Below are positions 10,313 to 19,681 of a stretch of 43,140 nt of DNA, piece after piece. Under the pieces are notes generated by a model. That model was not told the DNA's origin and did not search any database. It worked only from the letters and a program-made list of their open reading frames with translations. This DNA comes from Eremomyces bilateralis CBS 781.70 (taxonomy: Eukaryota), in the NCBI GenBank assembly GCA_010015585.1, contig ML975154.1. One strand, 5' to 3'. The first letter of the stretch is position 1. Every line of letters begins with the position of its first letter. Both the position numbers and the translations under genes were made by a program.

Positions 10313-13116
10313 ATGGCGGAACCGCCTCTCAGTCAGGGCGTCGGATATGGCGTTGTCATTGGGCTGGGATTCCTGTTTGCGTAAGTGGCGCCATCCGTTG
10401 CAATTGGAAGTCAGCATATCCCATTACTGTACTACCCGGTTTTCTTTTCGCGAGACCCCGAGGGCCTCTATCAAGTCTCTGTCTCTACGTCCGTTTTTAG
10501 ACCTGTTAAGCGTGTGGACGAAGGAAGACTTGGGAGGGCCGAAGGCCATCGCGAAAGGATCACAGCTCGATGATCTAGACTCATGTTAAATCAAAGCTCT
10601 TGGAAAGTGTTGGGGTATAAAATGCATATTCCGGCTCTGAAATACCCACTTGGATCCATATTGTTACAGTGTTTTGCGCCAAAGAGCATTTGACTAATTG
10701 GATATTAGTTTTGGTATGATTTTGACCACCTTCGTCCTCAAGCGTTACAACTATGAGCTCCAAACCTCCGAAATGTTCAGCACGGCCGGTCGAACGGTGA
10801 AGTCTGGACTTGTTGCCTCAGCTGTCGTTTCCTCCTGGACCTGGGCAGCGACCCTGCTTCAGTCATCCGGTGTCGCATACAAATAGTAGGCACGCAAGCA
10901 ACAAAGAGACCAAGGAAATGTGCTGACAAGCTCTAGTGGCGTCTCCGGGCCCTTCTGGTATGCCAGTGGCGCAACTGTCCAAATCATCCTGTTCGCGACC
11001 CTGGCTATCGAACTGAAGCGCCGCGCTCCCAACGCACATACCTTCCTTGAAGTCATCAGGGCACGTTATGGAAAGGTCACCCACTTTGTCTATATCACGT
11101 TTGGTCTCATGACAAATATCCTGGTGACTTCCATGCTGCTGACAGGAGGTTCCGCAGTCGTGACATCGCTCACCGGTGTCCCAACTGCGGCGGCTTGCTT
11201 CCTACTCCCGATCGGCGTTGTGCTCTATACCATGTTCGGTGGAATTAAAGCGACGTTCTTGACTGATTATGCGCACACGGTCGTGATTCTCGTAATGTGA
11301 GTGGAGAAGGAGTTGCTTTAACACAGCCCTAACCCCTGACCTGAAACCTTCTCACCTATCTCTCGCCCAACGCTGTTTCTATCGAACGAATTACCAGCTA
11401 ACGGAACATCCTAGCATCATGACCTTTGCCTTCACTACGTATGCTACTAGTGATGTACTCGGAAGCCCTGGTAAAGTATGGGAGATTCTAGTCGAGAAGG
11501 GCAAGGAGTTTCCCGTTGAAGGCAATGAGGGAGGCTCTTATCTGACCATGCGATCGCGCGAAGGAGCCATCTTCTTCGTCATCAATATCGTAGGTAACTT
11601 TGGTGAGTGCAATGTTCCCTGTTCTTGAAATTTGTCGTACATCCCGGATTCCCTTTTCAGTCTCTTCAGTGCTCCCCTGGCCATATTGATGCGTCGATGA
11701 ACTTTAGCAATTGCGCCTCTCTAGAACTATCGCTAACTAGGTTGTGCAGGCACTGTGTTCATGGATAATGGATATTACAACAAGGCTATTGCTGCCCATC
11801 CAGTCCATGCCCTTCCAGGCTACGTCCTTGGGGGTCTCTCTTGGGTATATATTCCTCCCAAACTCGAGCAGACAATCAACTAACTCCAAAAGTTTGCCAT
11901 CCCATGGTTGGCCGCTACGACGATGGGACTGGCAGCCTTGGCGCTCGAAGGCCACTCCTCCTTCCCTACCTATCCCGACCGTCTCCCCGCCGCCGACGTG
12001 AACGCCGGTCTCGTGCTTCCGAGCGCCGCTGTTGCACTGCTTGGCAAGGGAGGTGCTGCCGCTACTCTGCTGCTGATCTTCATGGCGGTTACGTCGGCCA
12101 TGTCGGCGGAGTTGATCGCCGTGTCGTCCATTGCGACCTACGACATCTATCAGACCTACATTAACCCGGCCGCCTCGGGCAAGCGCCTTATTTACTCGGC
12201 GCACATGTGTGTTGTCGCCTATGCGTTCCTCATGGCGGCGTTCTCTACTGGCCTGTACTATGCTGGTATCTCCATGGGTATGTCACTAAGTGGAACTGGC
12301 AGATCTTTCCATACATTGAATTCATCCTAGAATCACTAGCTAATCTTCCGATCCACAGGCTACCTCTACCTGCTCATGGGCGTCATAATTGGAGCCGCCG
12401 TCCTCCCCGCCGCCCTCACACTCCTCTGGTCTCAACAAAACTGGTGGGCCGCCACCCTCGCCCCCCCACTCGGCCTCGTCTGCGCCCTCATCGGCTGGCT
12501 TGTTCAAGCGAAGCAAGAATTCGGCACCCTCACCGTCGACTCCACCGGCGCCAACAATCCCATGCTGGTCGGCAACGTCGTCGCGCTCATCTCGCCCATG
12601 ATCTTCATCCCCGTGCTGACCTACGCGCTCGGCACCCAGAAGTACGACTGGCAGAGCATGAAGGAGATCCGGCGCGCCGACGACCACGACCTGGCGGATG
12701 CCGCGCACATCGACCTTGAGCTGATCCCTGGCGGGCGGAGGGAATCCATCGCGAAGACCGAAGAAGAGCAGGTGAAGCTGGCGAAGGCGGCGAAGTTCGC
12801 GCGCATCCTCACCGTGACGTTGACGCTGTCCATGCTCGTGCTGTGGCCGATGCCGATGTACGGCTCGGGCTACATTTTCAGCAAGAAGTTCTTCACCGGC
12901 TGGGTGGTCGTCGGTATGATCTGGATCTTCTTTAGCACCGTGTGCGTCGGGCTCTACCCTCTCTATGAGGGCCGCGGCACCATGGCTCGGACGGCGAAAG
13001 CGGTGTATTTGGATCTGACGGGGAAGAAGAAGCCGACGCCAGTGCATGGACAGGTGGTGGAGGAGACGGGCACGAGTACGCCGACAGAGAAGGTTGCCCC
13101 TGAGAAGACGGGGTGA
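10313..13116 (+). CDS. DUR3: Urea (and possibly polyamine) active transporter, sodium:solute symporter family, DUR3/UreA clade
   Basis: join(10313..10380,10709..10885,10937..11296,11415..11602,11750..11844,11893..12277,12359..13116); all six introns are GT-AG and keep the frame. Motifs: [124 protein letters not shown]. Confidence 0.96.
10381..10708 (+). other. Long (328 nt), extensively self-complementary first intron of DUR3; candidate structured RNA element
   Basis: Donor GTAAGT at 10381, branch TGACTAAT at 10691-10698, acceptor TAG at 10706-10708. Nested pairings read by eye: 10443-10453/10549-10559, 10463-10478/10526-10540, 10488-10492/10516-10520, 10591-10603/10679-10693, 10605-10618/10642-10651. 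Confidence 0.6.
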
Positions 13117-13473
13117 TGCGTTCTGAACGACCATATACCTGACTGCACTTGGGGGTTTGTTTGTGAAGTTTCGCAATATACCAGAGACTATCTTGACAGT
13201 GCCTTAGCTTATTCCAATCTAAGAGACATTTTTGCACATCGTTGGCAAATGATTTGTTATGGAAATCGCAAGCGTCGATGACTATCGGGATCGTTCGTAT
13301 TCGTTCTAGACTCATGGCAGGCAATGATGAATGGAGTTCGTAATTGCCATGATTTATTGATTTTATCATCCGGTTCGTTATAGATGACCATCATAATGAA
13401 GTTTTCGTTAATACCTGAGTGAAGGGACACACAGCAACCAGTAGGTTTTCTTCGTTCATCACACCTTCGCGAT

Positions 13474-14607
13474 CTACGACGTCTTGAGCGGGCTAATTTC
13501 CAAAACCGCCTTCCCAAAGTTCTTCCCCTGCAGCATCCCCACGAACCCCTCCGCCGCCCCGTCGATGCCCTCAGTCGTAGACATCTGCGCCTTGAAGCTC
13601 CCGTCTGCGATCCACTTGCTCACATTTTCGCGATGCTCCTTCGCATACACGGGACCCATGTTGTCGTCGCCGACGATGAATCCGCGGAACGTGATGCGCC
13701 TGGCGACGATCAGCATGAGGTTGCGGATGGGGTAGGCCGGGGTGGGGTTCTCGGCAGTGGGGAGCAGGTTGTATTGGCTGATCATGCCACAGGCAACTAG
13801 AGCCGTTGTTAGCGGAAGATATTAGAAATGGGGGCCAATGAAATGGTTCGTACCGATTCTCCCAAAGGCTTTCATCGCATCGATTGCTGCTTCGAGCTGC
13901 TCGCCGCCGACATTCTCGTAGTAAATGTCTATGCCGTCCGGCGCAAGTCGCGCAAGCGCTGCTGCAGGCTTCTCCTTCTTATAATTGAATCCCGAATCGA
14001 ATCCTAGATCCTTGAGGATGAAGTCAAGCTTCTTGTCATCACCAACGCTCCCAATGACCTTAAGTCCCTCATGCTTGGCCAATTGCCCGACCAGCTGCCC
14101 CACCGCTCCCGACGCCGCCGAGATGAAGATCGTCTCCCCCTTCTTCGGCTTCCCGATGTCGTAGAAGGATGAATAGGCGGTCAACCCAGGCATTCCCAGC
14201 GCGCCAATGAAAACCTTCGGGTCGAGCTTATACGGATTGTCTAGTACGTGCGCCCGCTCTGTGACCTCCTTATCCAGATACCCATATTCGGCCGTCGGGC
14301 AGCTGTCCGTGCTCACAATGACATCCCCCGCCTTGAAGTTCGGGTTGTCGCTCTTCAGCACGGTGCTGATTCCGCGGTTGGTGATGGGCTCGTTCAGCTT
14401 GAATGGTGCGGAGTAGCTTTTGATATCGGGGGCTCGCATGCGCCCGCGCTGGTACGGGTCGAAGGAGAGGTAGTGGTTCTTGACCGAGAGGCCACCGGCC
14501 GGTGGGGTGTCGGGGTTGAACTCGCGGGATTCAACGACCAGATCCTGGCCTGGGACAGGGTAGCCCTGCGGGACCTGCTTGAAGATGAGACCTTTGTTGG
14601 CGACCAT
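13474..14607 (-). CDS. NADP-dependent oxidoreductase, zinc-independent MDR family (prostaglandin/2-alkenal reductase-like)
   Basis: complement(join(13474..13796,13854..14607)); 57-nt intron GTACGA...CTAAC...TAG restores GRIVACGMISQYN. Motifs: YLSFDPYQRGRM, GALGMPGLTAY, FISAASGAVGQLVGQLAK, GIDIYYENVGG, GKNFGKAVL. Confidence 0.95.
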
Positions 14608-15476
14608 GGTGGAGGTTTGAGGAGTTTGAGGAGTTGAAAATGTTCAATTGGAATCTAGAAGTATCAATTCCCAGTTCTTAACTAAGATAACCACGATGTT
14701 CGATATTTAATGGGGGTGATAGCCTATGGTAAGCCGGGGAATGCAAGGAGGTCGGTCGTGCAGAGTATATATAGGTGTCTTAGATGGGCAGGAGGCGACT
14801 ATAGAAGTTACGGTAGCACAGAGGAAGTCCCTCTATTACAAATCAAGCACCATACGACCGGTTACGAAAGAATTGCGAGATTTGAACCCTCCTTCTGGCT
14901 AAGAGGGTCTCGATAGATTGCCTCGGTAGGATAGACCAATGCTTTCCACGTCCACATCTCGGGCACACTTCTCTTTTCGACCAGCTCCTCACAGCTTGAG
15001 CTGCTGGTGGTGGATTTCATCGGGTCCATTGCTCATTGTCCGGGCTATCCCCGAGTCCGATTTGTGAGTGGAACGCCTAGGACACGATTGGAAAGTTCTT
15101 AGCCCGAATAAGGCGATATAAAATGGACTGTTCAGCGTCAGATTGAGAAGCTGAAGACGAAATGGGGGGTATGACGTTCGTGGGGTGTGTGCTCAGGCTC
15201 AAATTGATGCCTTATATGCCTGTCCAGGTCAGCTGCAGTGTGCCAGCCAATCCGTTCCACTGCGGACATTATTCGTTACGGACATTATCTTTGACCACAT
15301 GCAGCACCATACATCAAAACTCCGTACAGATTACAGACACAGACGGTATTAAATATTAATCAGGTTATTGTTAATATTAATGCCGATATATCCACCTTCT
15401 TAGGGAACCAATTATCAATCAACGATTTCTCCGCCGATCAAACCCCTCTCCATATGCTTACCAATCGACCATCACA

Positions 15477-16343
15477 ATGTCCAACCCCATAGCGAAAGAT
15501 CCACCACCACCCTATGTCTCGACAACCCCGACCATCCCCCCACCACGTCCTCATGGAGTTGCCCGTCCTCCCTTCCCCCTCGAGCTCCCCTCTATCGCCG
15601 CCCTCAAATCCCAGCGCGTCATCCTCGCCAGCGCCTCCCCCCGACGCAAGCAGATCCTCTCGCAACTCTTCCCCAAAGTCGAGATCATCCCGTCAACCTT
15701 CGCCGAGGACCTCCCCAAGTCGCTCGGCGGCTTCGACTACGTGCTGCAGACGGCCGTCGCCAAATGCCGCGAGGTGTACGGGCGGGAGATCGACAACGTG
15801 GAGGCGGAGCGGGAACGGGGGGAGGTCGGGGTGGTGATCGCGGCAGATACGATCGTGATGAGCGCGGCGGGGCAGATTTTGGAGAAACCGAGGAGCGAGG
15901 CGCAGCATGTGGCGGTGTTGAAGAGTTTACGGGATGAGTCGAGGATAGGCTCGGAGATGAATCCTGGCGCGGGGATTGCGGTGGGAGGGGCTGGTGCTGG
16001 ATGGCATAAGGTCTATACGGCGCTGGCGATCATGAGGCCCATGACGACGGCGATGGATCCTGGATATGTGCTGACGACACATGTTGAGGAGACGTCCGTT
16101 AAGTTCGACCCGGATATCACGGATGACCTGATTGTGGCCTACGTCAAGACCCGGGAAGGCGCGGACAAGGCGGGTGGGTACGGGATGCAAGGGCTTGGAA
16201 GTCTTCTCGTGGAACGGATCGAAGGGTCTTGGGACAATGTTGTCGGCATGCCGCTCCGAGCGACATTGGTCTTGATCGAAAAGATCCTGGTCGATGAACA
16301 GGAAGAACTTGATGAAGCACGGGAACTCGAGGAAGAGTACTGA
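15477..16343 (+). CDS. maf: Maf-family nucleoside triphosphate pyrophosphatase (dTTP/UTP type)
   Basis: Intronless 288-aa ORF with ILASASPRRKQIL, VIAADTIV, ILEKP, DKAGGYGMQG and IEGSWDNVVGMP motifs. Confidence 0.93.
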   Translation: MSNPIAKDPPPPYVSTTPTIPPPRPHGVARPPFPLELPSIAALKSQRVILASASPRRKQILSQLFPKVEIIPSTFAEDLPKSLGGFDYVLQTAVAKCREVYGREIDNVEAERERGEVGVVIAADTIVMSAAGQILEKPRSEAQHVAVLKSLRDESRIGSEMNPGAGIAVGGAGAGWHKVYTALAIMRPMTTAMDPGYVLTTHVEETSVKFDPDITDDLIVAYVKTREGADKAGGYGMQGLGSLLVERIEGSWDNVVGMPLRATLVLIEKILVDEQEELDEARELEEEY

Positions 16344-17733
16344 GGAGATTAGCTACGATGCTCTTCAACTCTCGTCCGCTCGCCGTGAGCGTGCCGGACA
16401 TGACCCTTTCTTCCCAACTATCTCGGTGGAATGAATTGGGAATATTAGTAAAAGGTCGTTTGGGCCTAGCGCCACTCTGAACGGGTGTGCCTAGGCTGCT
16501 GGGGTTCGTCAAGCGCTTCATATTCGTTCAGTGGACGCCTGTGGGGATATGGACTTGGAGTGTTCGAGAACCTCGCCTACAAGTGAAGGACTGGATTTGA
16601 TCCAAAACCGTTTGATTTTTTCCCTCTGATCTGGTTCATCAATAGTGAAACCAGAAGTTCGGTCGCGTTCTGAGCCCTGCCAGTTCCAACCTGTTGCCTG
16701 CAGCTTGTCGACCTCAAACTTGAGGAACTCGTACACTTACATGTCCGAGTATATCGGTACCTTAAACACCAATTAAGCCCGATGCAAACAAGCTTCCCGA
16801 ATCTATTGCAAGTACTACGTACTTCCATTTTCCTCCAATGCCAGGAGTCGAGGGGATTTCTCCTCACCTTAATGGACCATTGTTCCTAAGGTGGCAGGGT
16901 TACACCCAACGATTGGCTGAGCGCAGCGCATTCAGGGGTATACGACCCCCTTGCACCGAACATCAAGTGTATCACATCAAATGTACGGAGTATCATCTTC
17001 CCATCGCCAACTCCCTTGTCCCTCACCATTGCACGAACTATCCCCTCCTGCATCTCCTTTGTTTCATCTGCTCCTCCGCCCGAACTGAGGTCGCGCATCA
17101 GGCGCTATGGCTTCATCCTTATGTTGCCCATCTGCTACGCATCCCTGGCATGCGCTTCAGCGCTGCAGCCAAACTCGCAATATGTCCCATCGTACCACAC
17201 TACCGCTCTCTTGATGCGACAGAACCGACTGTAGATCGAGTCTTGCTTTTTGCAGGCACAACTACCGACAGACATATCCTGGGGACCTGGCTGTCGTGTA
17301 AGAGGGAGGAGAGTATCCTGCTCGTAGCCATTCGGTTCTTGTGTTCGTGAACCCGTTCGTATCTGCGAGCTCCCTTCATTGAAAGAGCAGCTGTCGTCCA
17401 ACCAGCCGGTGGGGAGCGGGTGACTTTGAACAGGATTCAGTCATTCTTTCCGGGCGACTGCTGCAAGGCGAACACGTTGGTGGACCACGTTGCCAACCGG
17501 TTGTTGTCTTGCCCATGGCCAACATTGACAATATCTGGCAGAGTTTGCAACACAATAACCCGCGGGCGTGCAGGACACGAGGCTTTTTGTCAACACGCGC
17601 GTCTTGCAGGTCAACACCGAGTTTGACTTTATCACAACGCGTCTGAAAGGGCCTTGAAAGAGTTGGATACTTCGAAAGAAGATTCGACGGCAGGACAATC
17701 TTTCCTCTCCACATCAGCGACGACGCGATCATC

Positions 17734-19116
17734 ATGACCCCCTCAGTAGTAGGCACTGCCTCCCCGAGAGCACGATGGTCCCGTGTTACTGCGCTGCACG
17801 AAAACGTTCGCTCAATGTTATTCGGAAGCTCGGTCTATTCCCAAAGTCCCACCCTCCGACAAGACGAAGAGCCCCCGAAACTTCCCCCGCTCGTCTTCCT
17901 TCGTCAACCGAATACTCGGACCGAACCTTCAGACCACGCTCGAGGCCTCGAGGAAGGTATCGGCTCCGCGCCAGCGAGGAACCATGCGAACAATTCTCAC
18001 AACTACCCGACCAACTACTCCCCAGCTTCGATACCTAGCACATGGGAACGATCATCGCTCTCTCTTGCGAGGGGTACAACGCAGGGATCGTCAACGTTAG
18101 AAAGAACGGTGGTAGACTCCGGAGCGGATGGGGTGGCGAGAGGAGTCCGTCGCAAGCGCAGGAAGCAGAAGCAGAAGCCGAAGAGGGGTTGGGTTCGAAA
18201 TCACCATCAATCTCCCATTTTCAACCGTTCCCTTTTGCGTGGACGCACGAGGACGAAGGCTATCACCTTAATGATATCGGGAGTCTTGCTCGCAACGATG
18301 CTAACAATCTGTAAGTCCTCTCACTCCCCCACATCACCCACGCAGCGCATGTTAAACCATCTAGACCTAGCCCTCGCGCTCACCAACAACGCCGTCGCGC
18401 AAGAAGTCCATATCTTATTCATCCTGCTCCTCATCTGCACCACGATCGTCTTCTGCCACGCCCTGATCCGCCTCTGCATGCTCGCCACGCGACCTCCTCC
18501 CACTCGCCGCCATCACCGAGTCCCTGACCTCGCCGGACCGCAAGGGTTCGAGCCCAAATCTCCTATCCGCGTCCATGTCGCCCGTGACGATGAAGAGGCG
18601 GTGGAAAGCGTGGAAGAAGTGCTGGTAGAGGAGAAAGACGCGCCTAAGCCGCCGCCACCGGCATACGGGCTATGGCGATGTAGTGTTGTAAGTGTTACGC
18701 TCCCATCACTCGACCTGCGCAATGCTAACCGTCGCGACCAGCGTCTGAATCCAAATCTCCTCCATTGGCAACGAGTCGACGCGCTAGGCACCCATGCGCC
18801 AGGTACCCCTACGCCAGCAACCCCCACGCTCATCGACCTCCGCTCTCCCTCGCACTCGAATCCGAATAGCACTCATCGTCCGCCATCCTACGTCTCCGAC
18901 GATGGGGTGGACTACGTCGTGAGCGTACAGCCGCGTTCCACGGTACATTACTCGCACGTGCCGTCGCCGTTACCGCGATCATTTGGGGATGAAGGACAGA
19001 CTCCGCCGATACAGGAATTCCGCGGACCCCTAAACTCGCATGTCCCGGAGTTTATCGTTGGGTTATCGGGCGCGGGACGGCCGCCGAGTCAGATCCATCC
19101 GGCTTGGAGGACGTAG
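17734..19116 (+). CDS. Conserved fungal hypothetical membrane protein (two TM helices, Pro-rich tail with PPxY motifs)
   Basis: Probable join(17734..18310,18365..18687,18742..19116); two 54-nt GTAAGT...AG introns restore LLATMLTIYLALAL and PPPPAYGLWRCSVRLNPNLLHWQR. A further RPPSY motif follows. Confidence 0.75.
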   Translation: MTPSVVGTASPRARWSRVTALHENVRSMLFGSSVYSQSPTLRQDEEPPKLPPLVFLRQPNTRTEPSDHARGLEEGIGSAPARNHANNSHNYPTNYSPASIPSTWERSSLSLARGTTQGSSTLERTVVDSGADGVARGVRRKRRKQKQKPKRGWVRNHHQSPIFNRSLLRGRTRTKAITLMISGVLLATMLTICKSSHSPTSPTQRMLNHLDLALALTNNAVAQEVHILFILLLICTTIVFCHALIRLCMLATRPPPTRRHHRVPDLAGPQGFEPKSPIRVHVARDDEEAVESVEEVLVEEKDAPKPPPPAYGLWRCSVVSVTLPSLDLRNANRRDQRLNPNLLHWQRVDALGTHAPGTPTPATPTLIDLRSPSHSNPNSTHRPPSYVSDDGVDYVVSVQPRSTVHYSHVPSPLPRSFGDEGQTPPIQEFRGPLNSHVPEFIVGLSGAGRPPSQIHPAWRT

Positions 19117-19474
19117 CGGAGGGAGGCAACTACTCTCTGGATGTATTCCTAGTGCATTGTGTTGGGGGGATGAAGTTCGTGGGGAAGAGGGGCATTGTGG
19201 GATATACTTGCTGATGCGAATGGCAGGACCGTGTCGCTGAGCGCTGGGATGTATCCTATGTACTGTACAATATGGTAGTCGACTTTCGGTCCGCTAATGT
19301 ACTGGTGGAAGCTTTGCAGATGGTGTGCATAATGTTGGCGCCCGACAAGACTCTATATCCTCCAAAGTTGCAGTAGGATTAATGGGTGCAGGCAGGCAGG
19401 AGTCGACACAGGTAGGTATCAAGGTCATGATTGCTGACCCAGAGAATCTCTCCAGAGTAAACAAACGCGTGATA

Positions 19475-19614
19475 TGAGTCAATGGGTGTGGTGTGACAAT
19501 CACGTGCCTCGACCCCGCTCCGATATTCGGCGCTGAATTCCACACGTGATGCCAAGCCCACTCTAGTCCCCCAGCACTTTCAAAATCTGATCTGATCTTG
19601 ATCTGATAAGATAA
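19475..19614 (+). promoter_or_regulatory. hapX upstream motif cluster including an SreA/Sre1-type iron-repression site ATCTGATAA
   Basis: ATCTGATAAGATAA at 19601-19614, preceded by ATCTG repeats; exact match to the ATCWGATAA consensus, about 70 nt upstream of the ATG. Also CACGTG at 19501 and 19543, TGAGTCA at 19475, and SRE-like GTCACACCAC (minus strand, 19488-19497). Confidence 0.7.
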
Positions 19615-19681
19615 CCTCTCCATCTGCACCACCTTCATCTTCATCACCACACCACCTGGTTACTCATCGAACCCAACCCCA

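Noticed and set aside
10530..10560. Hammerhead ribozyme suggested by GGCCGAAGGCC...CGAAA
   Set aside because: No CUGANGA core precedes the stem.
10520..10670. Canonical TPP riboswitch in DUR3 intron 1
   Set aside because: UGAGA and the P5/L5 GAUAAU element are absent, and the GCGAAAGGA 3'-like piece lies upstream of the 5'-like piece. Kept only as a partial resemblance.
13324..13418. Box C/D snoRNA (ATGATGA...CTGA)
   Set aside because: No convincing terminal stem or recognisable rRNA-complementary guide; lies in convergent 3'UTRs.
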